A stretch of DNA of 64,000 nt, from positions 29,140,001 to 29,204,000 of the forward strand of contig NC_045138.2 in NCBI RefSeq assembly GCF_008831285.2, read 5' to 3'. Under the pieces are notes generated by a model. The model saw only the letters and a program-made list of their open reading frames with translations, did not search any database and had not been told where the DNA came from. The translations under genes and the position numbers were made by a program. Shown here piece after piece: positions 38,919-52,457 of the stretch (positions are counted from its first letter, which is position 1; each line of letters opens with the position of its first letter). This DNA comes from Nymphaea colorata. Taxonomy: Eukaryota.

Positions 38919-40669
38919 CAAGGGAGAAGAGACGGATAGATGTCATACCTTAAAAAAGTAGTAACTTGGACAACTGACCACTTCCAATTTTATTTGTTGG
39001 ACCTGATTAAATGGATCCATCATTTAAATCCTTTTTTAATTTTTATTTAATTCCACTACATGCGCCACCTACCAGTACCAATCTTTCTTTGTTTTTTGTG
39101 TTTTTTCTTTCTTTTTTTCTCCTGTGAGAAACGATTCGAGTATCCTGCTAATTCGACAACTGCTAAAGTTGTGAATTGAGACAAAACAAGGAGAGCTTTT
39201 GAATCTGAACGGCTTTTCTTCCATCTTCAGTTGTTTTCCCTCTTAATGTTTCCCTAGTCTGCTACACCACACTACAGCCACAAAATCTTGTTCTTGGGAA
39301 GATCAGAGTGGTGAAAAAGCTTTGGTTTCTCTAGTGAAAATCCAAGTCTCGTCATTGCATGCACAAGAGAAAAACTCTATCTTGTGGCCTACCAAGAAGA
39401 AGCGTAAACCTGAACTTCCTGGAGAAAGTGTTAAAAGAGCAACTTCCACTGTACTTTCTCCGCTACCAGGAAGAGTATACATGCGTAGATAACTTAATCT
39501 TGCACATGGATGACAAACTGATGGCCATGAAATGAATGCAGGAGGCAATATTTCAGATGCAGCTGAAAGAACAAGAGAGGATTCTGTTCTTCACAATGAT
39601 GAGCGATGAGTCAAATCGGGGTTTAAGGAACTCAATTGCTTCATTTAATTTTCTGGGTCAGCTGCACAAGAAAATTTCTTTAATATTCACTCAAACTGCC
39701 GTTAGCCTCATCCGATATTTGAATAAGAGATTCTTCCGCCACGACCAGCTTTCTTGGATCATGGAATTTAGGTAGAAGTATTGCAGAATCAATTTGAAGA
39801 GCATATGAAAATTTAAATTGTAAGTGGATCAATTAATTTGAACACCGGTGCAAGGCAAAACAAGAGTTCTAGCCGCTAGTTATTTCAAGATAGAAAATGC
39901 GTACCCGGAACACAAGAGTTCTAGCCATTAGGAATTTAGTTGGAAAAGGATAAGTCAAGCCTTTAAGAAACATAACAGGAAAAGCAAGACACGAATTCCC
40001 GTGTATGATGACATCTCTTCAAAGAATTGCTGACCAGATAATTCAAAATGATCTGCACTGCTGATGGTGAGATATCCATATGGATGTATCAGTTTTTGGA
40101 CAGGACTGAGTAATAGAAGAGGTTCATTTTTCTATTGCATAGCAACTACTGCAAGACATATATAGCATCAGACTGGAACTGTCAAAAGTTCAATTACTGT
40201 TGCAATAAATGGTAGGAAAAGAAGAGAATGAAAACAAACTGAAAGAGGACAAGAATTCATTAATGCTCAAGGTTGGTCTCTTGGTAAGATCTGAGTTAGG
40301 TTTACCTAACATTTGTAGATTGCCTATTGGAGGACAAAAAAAATGAACTTTTTTTTGTCTAAGATCTAAGATAGGCTTTACAATGTCGGACTGTTCACTA
40401 GAGAAAAGGTATTTCATGTTTGAATATTAAAGGAAAAGAGAAAACAAAACCGGCCTAGACCCGAAGCTGGTTATATATGCCGTTTTCGTGTATGAAATTT
40501 CATGCATTATTTTAATAAGGAAAAAAATTACCCATGATTAATAGAAAAAGAAACTTTTTTATAGAGACAAAAAAAAAACCACAAAAAGAAGATTTAAAGA
40601 TTTGATAAATGTAAAATTTGTCATATATGCTTATCATTATGACAATATGCCCTCTAAACAGTAAAAAAG

Positions 40670-40925
40670 CATTATCTAATACATTTGTTTGTTATCATAT
40701 TATCTCATAAGTATTTTATTATCTCATAAACATTGTCTCATACTTATGTTTATCGTTATCTTATACGTTTGTCTGTTATTTTATTATATCATAGTTCTTT
40801 TATTATCCAATAAACATTATCTCATACTTATGTTTAACATTATCTCATACATCTGTCTTTATCTCAAAAATCTTTTATTATATCATACACATTATTTCAA
40901 ACTTATTTGTTATCTCATCCACACA
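40670..40925. repeat. Degenerate AT-rich array of TTATCTCATA-like motifs
   Basis: Motif recurs many times, including a ~60-bp duplicated block (~40714-40774 and ~40798-40858). Probably a transposon subterminal remnant. Confidence 0.55.
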
Positions 40926-43900
40926 CATATGTAATGTTTGGGTATAAAAGTAAATATGAATATTAATAATAAGGTCCACATCTGACGTACACTAGTTAAA
41001 TAGATGCAACAACACTTTCCAGTTTGTGATGAACATTGTAAAGGGCGTCTTAAAAAATGCAGTATCCTCTTCTACTACAAAAGGAAAAGAAATACCACAA
41101 TCTCTTTCATGATTTGAGGTGTTTATGTGGTCATGAATCAAGAAAAAATAGAAACAAAGAAAATTGAAGATGACGAAGGAAAATAGGGAGGGGATTCATG
41201 GCGGAAAAAGGGGTATTTCATATCAGTCATCTTATAAATTGAACTATTATTACATTGCAAAGAAGAAGCTAATTTTCAAACACCAACAAATCTTTCGATA
41301 GACAGATAATTGACATGCACAATCCAAAATAATTTTAAGTTTTATGTCCATAGTGCATCGACATGCCTACAAAATTTATGGTCAATTAATTCACTATATG
41401 ATCTTTCTCTTTTTTCTGTTCTTAACAAGAGCCTGCAGCTACAATGCGGGGGCAACACTAACAACGTAATCAATGGCCATGTTGGTCTCCTTCAGGGGCT
41501 CACCATTGAACTCCCGAAACATCATCAGCTGAAAGTCACAAGGATCTCAACACATGTCCTCCGTGTTTGCTGAGATGCTTTCTACACTGTGCATCATAAT
41601 CAAAATAGTCTTACTGCTACAACAAATTAAACCATTTCCAGTTTTCTTAAGTATGAAAAAAAAGTCCATTCATGATTCTTTTTTTTCATGGAAGAACGTT
41701 CTTGAACATACCCCAACAATTTAATTTGCTGCTCTCATGGAAACATACGTTATTTTCTTCAAGATTAGTGCCACCTGTTTCAACTAAAATACGAAAATTC
41801 AGTTCCCGCTTGGCCAAGTTAAATAGAGAGAAAATCTAAATTTGTGATTCCAAACGATCATCATGTCACGAGTAACTTTGTGCACTAATTTTTGTTGAAT
41901 AATTAGATGGAAAAAGGGTATCCATGAGGTGCAAGCTCATATTGGCATTAATTTGTGCCCATTTTCATAATTTTTGTAAAGATTTTCATCATGCTTGTCC
42001 TTGCTTGTGTGATGCGACTCCATGGTGGCATTTGATTATCTTAAATCTTAATTCCGAGTTTGATACATTTGATAACTTGCCTTAGATACATTTGTGTGGT
42101 CATGATATATTGTGCTTTATTCAAAATAACCAAAGTTCTATATAAAATCCTATCACTACTAATCGAACTAAGGATCTTAGAGATAAGTTGCATACTCGAA
42201 GCCCTCATTTACTTATTTGATTATCATGTGTATCTATCTTAAAGGGATGAGGAGTTGCGTAGAGGCTTCTGCCTTCCGTTGATTGATCTATAACAGTAAG
42301 TTAAGTTATTAGGAGATTGGTCAAAACTTGGTTTTCGTCAAGGGCCAAAAAATCTTGCTTCCCCTAAGTTTTTTAGTCCAGACTTATTTTTGTCGATCTA
42401 TAAACTAAGTTTTTCACTTGTCATCCAATCCAAGTTTACAAAACTGCGTTTTCAATTAGGTTTTTACAAAACCATGTTTTTTGAGGGTGCCATCCAAACA
42501 CTCCCCAAGTGGTCCATAAAGGTGTGTGCAAGGCTGCCAAATTACACTTGGGGCATGCATTTTAAGCAATCTGGTAAAGCTTAGCACAACTGATCTCCAG
42601 TTCAAAAAGGTTAAAACCTTAATTAATCTAGATTTTAAGCTTGGTCTGCCAGCCATCTACCATATGTTACGCGTTTTGTCATGCATAACACATAATTGTA
42701 TGCGTTTTATCTTAACTACATGTGCTCCAACCTGTTATGCTGCTAGAAATATAGAACTCATAGTGGAATCGCAACTGAATGTATACACTAAAGGTTGGGT
42801 CTAGATAATGAACACATGGCCTTCAATTTCATGCTTAGCTAACCTAATGGCAGCTACCCTTAGGTTATAAACCAATTAGCCGATTTGGATGTGATACGAT
42901 ACAATAATCTTTTAGGGGCACAATATCTCCTGAAGATAAACTGCAACACAAGATAAATTTTATTTTGCATTTTTATTTTGAAAGTTGGGGGTGAGTGGCT
43001 GGTTGGAGAATTAATAGATGCACTATTATTATTCTGATTTTCTCAAACATGGGCTATTAAATTTGTTTACACTTGCCTTGTTTGTACACTAGTCAAAAAG
43101 AGAAAATGAGTGTACATTTACATTGTATCGAATGGTGTGTTGAGGACTCAAGATTTTCAGTCTAAACTTAAAATGGAGAAATCTATAAATTCTATATATA
43201 AAAATGATTTTCAATCTAAATTTGATTTAAATTATATATATATATATATATTATAAAGCACTGGATTCCCATCCCACCTCATTAACACAACCCAAACAAA
43301 AAAAACATTAGGCTGTGTGTGAGAGGGATTCTCACAGCTGGATGAATCCATGTTATTTATATAATAGAAAGAGAGAGTGCAAGTATGTGGGTGAAAGTTC
43401 GCACCATGTGCTTGAATCTGCCTGAGCCAGAACTGATGGAAGTCATTGGAATGGATGGATCGGTTCAATGGCAGAGACTGTCGATCCATCAGCTTGCTTC
43501 ATGGGTTGTGTTGTAGAAAGCTAGCTAGTTTTTGGTATGGTTCGGTCAGATATCCTAATTGACATCCCTATATCATCATATAATTATCTCTAAGGAGTCA
43601 AACTAAGCTTGACCACAAACAATGACAGAAGTAGAACCAGGAATTTTTTGCTATAGATCACTTGTTTATGCATAAAAACAGAGCTAATGGACCACAATCA
43701 CAAATAGTTGAACATCTTATGCTTGTCTACAAATCTTTTTCTTTCATGTATGGGTACGTTAGATTTCTTATTCAATATCATTTTCCATCTGTTATCTTGT
43801 GGTTTTAAACATTATGTCTTCTGTCTTTCTACCAAGAGAATTAAACTATTCAAGTCGAATTAGTTTTCAACAACTTGATACTCCATACAAGGGCATGTTT

Positions 43901-44354
43901 TTCAAGAAGTCTATTTGAGGGGCAGATAGTTAAAGTTTGCAATATTAGGTATGAAATATGCTTGTTCAGATTCAATCAACAGATGAACTTTTTCTTTATA
44001 TGTATTCAATCTTATAGGGTATGCCGAGAACTCAAAAGCTCAAGTCAGTCTTGGATTGGGTCTTACAAGTATTTTGGACCAAAATTGTTCTAAATTCCTT
44101 TCTTTTACTTGTTTTAGTTTGTTTGTAACTCATTTTTGGCTCTATTGTTATAGCTATTGGTCATTAACATGTACTATTTTATTTATATGACTTGTTTATT
44201 TAAACATTGCTTTCATTATGATTTCTCTAGACCGATGCATGGAGCGTAAAAGTAAGAATTATTGAGCGCAATATGCATTTATATTAACTCAGTGCCTTCG
44301 TTAATTGTTTAAGATTAGATCTGTCTAGCATATAAATTAGTTTGTGTACACGCC

Positions 44355-44355
<1 letters not shown>

Positions 44356-44399
<44 letters not shown>
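44356..44399. repeat. (CA)n(TA)n compound microsatellite
   Basis: Directly visible. Confidence 0.9.
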
Positions 44400-45343
44400 C
44401 ACATTCATTTCCTCCAAATTTTTTGATGTGGCCACAGAATGATGCATCTTCTAGGGTCTATGTTACAGTTACCATGTAAATTGTTCTATACTTAATACTT
44501 TTAACCAATTAAATGAGAAGCTCAAATTACAAAAAACAAAAAAAACAAAAAAACAATTACTGTTATGTTACAACAAGTTCTCAAGACATAACATAATTAC
44601 GTTTTCATCTTTCATATGAAAGAGGTCAAGAGTCTGCATTACTTGTCATTTTATTCCTTCAAATTAATCCTAGCTAATCAAGACTTGGAGATCCATAATG
44701 TGGACAATGTAAAACTTTGTTAAAAGGGGATCCATCAAGACATATGAATGTTTGACATTAGTAACATAGTGTTATTGTTTCATGAATTTATCCTACAGAT
44801 CCATTAAATAGTATATTGTAGTATTCCATGAATCTATCATATTTTTCTATGGGGATTCATGAAATAGTAACAGTTATTATTACCAAACAACCTTTTGTAG
44901 AGACTTTAAAGGGCATATTGTTAATACATAGATCAATATGTATCAATTTTATCTCATGACTTTGGATGAGTGACCATCAATATTTGAAAGGAATTTTCTA
45001 TAGTTCGATTAAGACTCAGTTAAGAGAAAGAATGTTGCACTAAGGCTCAACCAGCTCAATGAATGGGACATACTGCTAGCTAGACTTGATTAGGCTTGAT
45101 CAAGGTTTAAAACTGGTTATAGATGCCAATTAATTCAGTCAATATCATTATTGACCAATCACAATCTAAATTCATTAATGCAGAGAGAACTAAATTGATT
45201 GTGAAAATAGGGTGTGACACTTTACCCAATTTCATCCAGGCACTCCCTTAGGCTGAACCTCAAAGGAAACAGTTGGTGGAAAAAACAGCAGTGTTGTCAA
45301 AGAATACTATACTCTTTGACAAACTCTCTTTTCCCCCCTAAAG

Positions 45344-46648
45344 ACAAACACATTCTCTCGTGTTTGTTTGATTGGTGTGCCACGGACATGCACGGGCGAG
45401 CCAAATTGCACGATACCCTGAAGAACATGTCCCTCCCAAACTTAATTATGAAACCCCAGTCAAGCAAATAAGGTTTTTGATGGGGGATGCAAATCTACCA
45501 TAATGTAATGTAGTTGTTGCTCCAAGTGGAAGTGGTTCACAAGCACATTGGCAGGAATATCATCATAAATATCGTTCATAATTTATTTAATCTTCATCCG
45601 ATTGTCAAAATTTTTTCGTATGCTTCGTGGGTGCCCCCATCCTTTTTAAGATGTATTTTCATGAACTGCACCAGAGCATGATAAAAAGTGATAGGGTCCC
45701 AAAGTAAAAACTGACTGAACCAGAGCTAGAAGCTATCCAATCGGGTAGATAAGGAAAGTTCATCTGAGTAAGTGACATCATCTGGCGAGTGGAAGTCTTA
45801 TCAAATGCGGATATTTGATTATTTTAGCAAAAAAAGCTTCAAAGCACAATGTCACTTTAATGGGCCATTCAAGATAAAATATATTAAAATATGTTCAAAA
45901 TAAAATATATTAAAATATGTTAAAAATAAACATAAAACTAAAAATTAGTAACCAAAAACTAATCATATGACGCCCTGAATGGCCCATTAATTCAATTTGA
46001 TATATCACCAATCCGCTTTGAAGATACCAATTGAGGTTGATTAGTTGACGTAAAAAGTTCGCATTGATATTGAAGAGTTTGTTTGGTAAATAAAACAAGA
46101 TGTTAGTCATATAAATATGGTCAAAAAATTTTAACGTATTCATGTAATATTTTAATGTTTGATGAATTAAAAAAAGAAAAATGAATCCCATTCAAAAACA
46201 GTTACAAACTTTTTTATTTACCAAACAAAGCTCAAATAGAACTATTGTTATTACTAACAACATCACGGCACTCAAGAGCCTAAGAATTAACTTATATCGA
46301 GATGTTTTAAAATAAAAAACTGATTTATGATATTATATTATTAAATAGAAAAGCTCATTTCGGCCTCATTAATAAAGAAGATCAATATTAAATTGGATAC
46401 ATAAACCGCAATCACAATTCACACTTCTCAACCCTACTTCAATCGAAAGACAATTTTTTCTTTCTAGAAGTTTCTGCTGAATAAATGAAAGTCCAGATCC
46501 GAATCATTGCTTCCCCGCCGTTGTGATGGGCCAATGTTTATGGATTCAGATCTAGATTTAGATCCAAATTCAGATAAAAGCGCTTTGCCTACCTACCTAG
46601 GCACGTCCGTGGCACACCAATCAAACAAACACGAGAGAATGTGTTTGT
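45344..46648. repeat. 48-bp inverted repeat pair enclosing ~1.2 kb
   Basis: 45344-45391 and 46601-46648 are reverse complements at 47/48. No obvious TSD. Confidence 0.85.
46075..46233. mobile_element. Tourist-like MITE
   Basis: TIRs GAGTTTGTTTGGTAAATAAAA ... TTTTATTTACCAAACAAAGCTC around an AT-rich core. Confidence 0.65.
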
Positions 46649-47915
46649 GATTTTGGGGCACTCACCCTCACAGATTACGGATGTCACTTGCACGCACCGG
46701 CAAGGTTTTACTTTCGCTGCTTCAACAAGCTCAATTTGTTTGCTTCAGAATGAATTAATTGCCCTCAAATGTGTTGTTCGGCTTTTTTGTTCTTTCATCT
46801 TTAAATGTACCAATATAAACTATGGTATGCTCATTCATTTCAGAATTCGGCAATGTTTTAATTCGGCAATATTAGCCAGAAGTTTAAAGCCTGTTGCGAG
46901 CGACAGATGAATTAATAGCTAATTGCCAAAGAGTCCTCCATTCACGCTTTATTAATAGCTAGTACAGTTATTGTAAAATTTTCAGACCTTCCCTTCCCAT
47001 TAAAGGAAATCACCTGCCCCACCATCACCACTCCTTCCGATCGAGATTTTTTTTTAAAACGTAAAGCCTAAAGAAAGCGCATTTTCATCCCAACCAGAAG
47101 GCAGAAAGAAAAGCAACAATCAACTGATAATAAACAGCTGATAACAAGGCCTCCGTCTGCCAAATTCTTTCATATACAAATCAAATCAAAACTCACAGAT
47201 TGCAGACTAACAAAAGCCTTCTTTCATTTAAAACATCTACTTTGACAATGGTAGGCTCCGAGCTATGACTCAACTGAGATTTAATAGGATAAAAAGTTTT
47301 ACTGTGAAAAGAACTTGGAGAGAGCATACAAGTTAAAAATGTGATCTACCTTTCAAAGCATACACGTAACATGTACTTTTCCTTCCAATGTAAAGCATGT
47401 GGGTCTTAAAAGTAATGTAGTCATTCGTATGATCTGAAATAAACATTATCTTCGAATCCTACTTTTTTAGAACCGATATCTCACCTACCCATGTCAATAA
47501 TATTTAATATGCATTAATGGTTGGTGAGCACAACATGATAAAAGGGTGGGCGGTCTGCCTGCCACTTTGAGATATATATGGATACTTGGGAAAATTAACC
47601 AATTGCAGTTTCTTATAGAATTTTTCTATGGGCGGATGAAAAGCTCTCCCCTCTCCCTTTTACCTTTACCTTTTCTTCCTCAGCCCCTCTCCCTCTCCCT
47701 CTCTGCCCTCTCCTTCTCCCCCCCTCTCCTCCCCCATCCGCCTTCCCCCTTCCCCAATGGAGCTTCCCTGGTTCACGCGCATGCCTGGAATTGTCCACGC
47801 CGTCGCCAACTTCTCATTCCCTCCCGCTTTACGGCTTCCCCTCCCGGAAGAGTTTCTTCGATTTTGTTTCTGGTTCATTTATCTTGCTTTCTTGTTTTAT
47901 CTGCTGGGGTCGGCG

Positions 47916-50900
47916 ATGGCGTGGACAATTGCAGGCATGCGCGTGCCTCTCGGTGTGGGCGAGGGCTTCGCGTCGAGACCGGGCGGCGAGAGGAGGACGC
48001 CTTCTCTTCGTTATCTTTGCTTTCAGAAGCGCCCTGCGCGTGAGTTTCTTTCCTCTTTTAAGTAGTTGTTCAAAGTTTCAAACGTTGTGCAGTTAAATGC
48101 TTTCCATTGTAACAGCCCATCAGGTTTCTTCTATAAGGAGGTTATCTTCCAGGAGGACTTCAACCATGAAAACTTCAGATAATGTTCTTGTTCCGGAATG
48201 CAGAGTGACATTTCAACATCTACTGAGGAGAGCCCCCAAGTTGATAATGAGGATGTCCCCCAAGTTGATACTGATGATGTACCCCAAGTTGATAGTGATG
48301 ATGTCCCCCAAGTTCAAACGGAGAAAGTTCAGGTCTGTTGGAGCAATGGATCTTCATATGCTGTTTGGTATCTTTTCTATGATTCATAGATATACAAATT
48401 CAAACTAATTTTGCGATTATTTATACCAAAAAGCCAGTATTTTTTGCACTTCAAAATGGTTAAGTAAATTACAGCTGTTACTTTTTTCTTTTCTTTGTTC
48501 TCCTGGAGGCGCGTTTTTTAGAAGATGTAGTTCTGGATATATTGAAATTGTGGGGATATTTGGCTGTGCTTCGTTGCTCTCCTGTTGATTTTATTTTGGC
48601 ATAATTACTCTAAAGGGAAACACTTCTCATGCATTTGACTTACCACTACCCTTAAGTCCATACTTTTTGTGAGATATCATTAGTGGTTCTATGTCACTTC
48701 AGTGATTAAAAGCTCTACATGTACCTGGTTAACCCATTAGAGCTTGTTATTTGTAGACCTAGACTTATTTTTGGGAGCATCTTGACCATGTTTTTTCCTC
48801 TCTTTTATAGGTAATTGAGGAAAATATGGAGCAATCAACAAAGAACGATGCTGCTTGGAAAACTGAACGCAGGTCTATACCTCCTTGTAGTAACGGCCAG
48901 ATGATCTATGAAATAGATCCACTTTTAAAAGCTCACCGAACGCATCTTGATTATAGGTAATATTCTTTACCTTATAATCTTGAAATCGAAGCTGTGTGCA
49001 TTAACTTTCTGTTCTGATTTTGGATAGTAAGCAGATGCATGTCTACCCTAACCCAATTAAGGTAAGCCCTCTTAACTCTGAGGGAAAGCCTTCACTAATC
49101 CCATCATAGTGAGGGTCACCGTCCCTGTATAAAAGTTTATATGGTGATTAACGGGCCTAATTGATATGTGTCCAGGATCCGAGCCCCTTGTTCATTTTTC
49201 TCTAAGAACCCCAACCTTGCAGTGCAGTAGTACATTTGTATCCTTCTTGCCCACGACCATCACACTGCTCCAGCATATAATGGTTATGTCATGAAGACAT
49301 ACTTCATACTTGTTTCTTTATTCTCGTGTTCACTGGTATTTGCATTTATATTCTCATCTGGCTGCTTGTTTTTTATGTAAAATATGCAAATTGCTTGAAA
49401 TAATTAGGCAAATTCTATACATACACTGTTCTTCAGGAGAATCATGATTCTGATTTTCATAGCTCTTTCAAGGTGAGGATTATCCACTGTTACTAGCATG
49501 TTGGGAGAACTACATCTCCTATTACTTTTTCTTGGTATTGAGAAAATGAACGGTTTGTCATCTGTGTTTCTTTCATAAATTTTTATTTTCTTTTGTCATG
49601 CTTAGTTGCATTATGCTTGCAGGTATTCACATTATAGGAGAATGAGGCATCTTATTGATCAAAATGAGGGGGGTTTGGATGCATTTTCTCGTGGATATGA
49701 GAAATTTGGCTAATTAATCAATATGGTGGTCTCTCCATTATAGCTAGGATTGCAAATGGGCTGGACATGGGACAGAATATATGTCAGAGGTTGGGATGAA
49801 TCAAGACTTGGCAAATAGAAAAGCAACAAAACTTTAAACCAAATCTGGCCTATTTACAAGCCTAATTATGTCCTCTTATATTTCACTTCTCTCTGCCTCT
49901 CTTGCCTTTTCTTTTTTGGCTAAGAAAGATTGCAGGTGGGCATTGGAAATTCAACCGTTTCTTGCTATTTACCAGTTTGGTTGGCTCATTGTTAGTCTAA
50001 GTCAGATGAGTACTTCAGTAGGTCCCATACCGACACGACAAAACTGGTATTTAGACACACCTACATACTTTTTGGATCGAAACTGATCCAAACCTCTTAT
50101 TTTACTTGATCTTCCTTGTTTGTAACACAGTTTACATTCTGTTTTTGTGAGTTATTTTTCTTTATATATTTTGTTTATTTAAATGTTGTTTTCATTTTTA
50201 ACTTTTTGAATTATTTTGCATATATAAATATACACACCCTGCTGTACTCCCATGCCAACATTTTCTAAAGTTGCCGTATCTGTTCCTGTATCAGCATTTA
50301 TTTTGGTTTGACCTCATTGGTAGCATTATTTGTAGTCTCTATATTCTGCTTCTAATTATGAGCATGTTGAATTTTTTATCAGGTGGCATTTATGGGAAAT
50401 TATAGTGAGTACTTTGGATTTGCAACTAATGTAGATGCTGTGGTTTATTTGATGCTTGCTAATGACCTTATACATGGTCTCTTTCCTGAAGCAGTTACTG
50501 TTGGTGAAGATGTAAGGGCAGTACTTTCCAATGTTACTATGTCTTTTCCTTTCCGTATTGATTAGCTAGTTAGCATGTGAATATGTTTAGACTAGCTTGG
50601 TGCTATACCCACTTTGTCATGCATCTTCATTAATTTGTTATGGGATTATAGCATTATACAGGTCTCTCTAGGAATTGCAATGCATCAAAAAGTGGATGTA
50701 CTTGATGTATATTGTGAATCTATGAACAAGTCATCAGACGCAATTGTTGTGCTAGCCTTTATAGCAGTAACAGGGAGGGGAAAAAATAAGTTAATATTAC
50801 TGCTTAGTAATCCATTTCGTCTACTTTTTTCTATGCTAAGGCTTCTGTCATGGATATGGTTCTTTCCTTTTTTTTTTTTCAAAATAGATATGTAGAAGAC

Positions 50901-51812
50901 TTTATTTATCATATCTCAAAGCTTGTATTTGCTTACATATTTTCTTTTTGTCTCAATTTGCAGGTTAGTGGGATGCCAACATTTTGCATTCCTGTGAAGG
51001 ATGGAGGGGTTGGGTTCGACTATCGCCTTCACATGGCTATTGCAGATAAATGGATTGAGCTCCTCTTAAAGTAAGTGTTGTTGCTTTGATTTTGGTATAT
51101 CTTTCATATTTATTGGCAAAACTAAGGAATATATGGACAAATAAATTACATACAAACTAATTGTATTGATCAACTTCAAGTTGGCAATAGCCTCTTGATG
51201 CAAACTGTTAGACATTTGGATTTTTCTAGGTATAGAGAATCTTCAATTCAATTTCGATGCCTTTCTTGCGGTTTCTGTACCTCAAGGTGAAACAAATGGG
51301 TAAAGATTGGTAGTTTGGAAGTTGGAACCCGAAGAATTGATGCCTTAGTTGTTAATAAAGTCAACTGCTGGGGTAGTAACCTATATTCACTGGTTAGATC
51401 GTGTGAAATAAAGTTCAATTATGTAATGGGCACACGGAATTACTTCTCTCATCAATGTAATGCTACCAGCTCTTATGTATCTTTTAATCTGCAGAGAAAC
51501 TATTTATTTCCTTTTTACTTCTATTGATGAATAGGCTCCAACTTTGTAGTTCTAGTGCCGGGAGACTTGTTTCTTATTTTCATCATTTATTTGTTCTTTT
51601 CATTTAAACTTTTGTGTGGTTGATGTGGAAACTTGACATTTCATGCTACCATTTCCTGGTACAGGAAAAAGGATGAGGAGTGGTTAATGGGTGACATTGT
51701 TCACACACTTTCAAATCGAAGATGGCTGGAGAAATGTGTTGCGGATGCAGAGAGTCACGATCAAGCACTTGGTGGTGACAAGACTACTATTGCATTTTGG
51801 TTGATGGACAAG
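47916..51812 (+). pseudogene. SBE2: Starch branching enzyme II (GH13) remnant
   Basis: Exon-like blocks: 47916-48039 (MAWTIAGMRVP transit peptide), ~48116-48332 (apparent frameshift near 48196), 48811-48956 ([20 protein letters not shown]), 49623-49710 ([15 protein letters not shown] then stop), 50383-50511 ([34 protein letters not shown]), 50964-51070 ([21 protein letters not shown]), 51665-51812 ([12 protein letters not shown]). Central exons including the FDGFRFDG region and all 3' exons were not found. Confidence 0.92.
48234..48314 (+). repeat. 24-bp tandem repeat (PQVDxDDV, ~3.5 copies) in SBE exon 2
   Basis: CCCCAAGTTGATA.TGA.GATGT. unit repeated. Confidence 0.85.
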
Positions 51813-51827
51813 GTGTCTTTGGCTGTA

Positions 51828-52253
51828 TTTGTTTGTGTTTTTGTTTTTCACTGTGTTTTTGTGAAGCTATTGTTGAGGAAACATCCTAGTTTGGGAGTTT
51901 TATATGACGTAAGTTTGAAAATTTTTAAATTTTGTTGGAGTCTTTTATGTAAAGGGTTAAACTTAACCCTAATAATTATTTAGTCTAATAAAAACGAGCA
52001 GCCTAGGCTTGTGTTGAGGTAGGATATATATATATATATATATGTATATATATGAGGAAAACCAGAACATTATCCTGCATCACCACAAGCGTAGGCTGCT
52101 CGTTTTTATTAGACTAAATAATTATTAGGGTTAAATTTAACCATTACTCCAACAAAATTTAAAAATTTTCAAACTTACGTCATATAAAACTCCCAAACTA
52201 AGATGTTTCCTCAACAATAGCTTCATAAAAACACAGTGAAAAACACAAACAAA
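51828..52253. repeat. Long fold-back inverted repeat (~190-bp arms, 44-bp spacer containing (TA)n)
   Basis: 51828-52026 is the reverse complement of 52071-52253 apart from a few substitutions and two small indels. Confidence 0.95.
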
Positions 52254-52457
52254 CTGTAAGAAGTGTTGTATGTTTTGTTATTTTACCAACTGCAAAATGC
52301 AGAAGCTTTAGAAGACAACTTTCACTTCAGAACTATCTTAAGCCAAAGAAATCCATGACTGCACTAAGAGGTAGTTGCCATTTCTTCATCCATTATTGGT
52401 AATTGTAATAAAGAGAGTGCAACTAAATGGGTCTTACAAGATATCGAGTATATTCAC

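Noticed and set aside
39180..40420. Short ORFs and coding-like composition
   Set aside because: No consistent exon chain or recognisable protein.
43405..43492. Possible MIRNA hairpin (CTGATGGA...TCCATCAG) or small first exon MDRQSLPL
   Set aside because: The stem is short with a large asymmetric bulge and matches no miRNA I recognise. The peptide has no recognisable homology.
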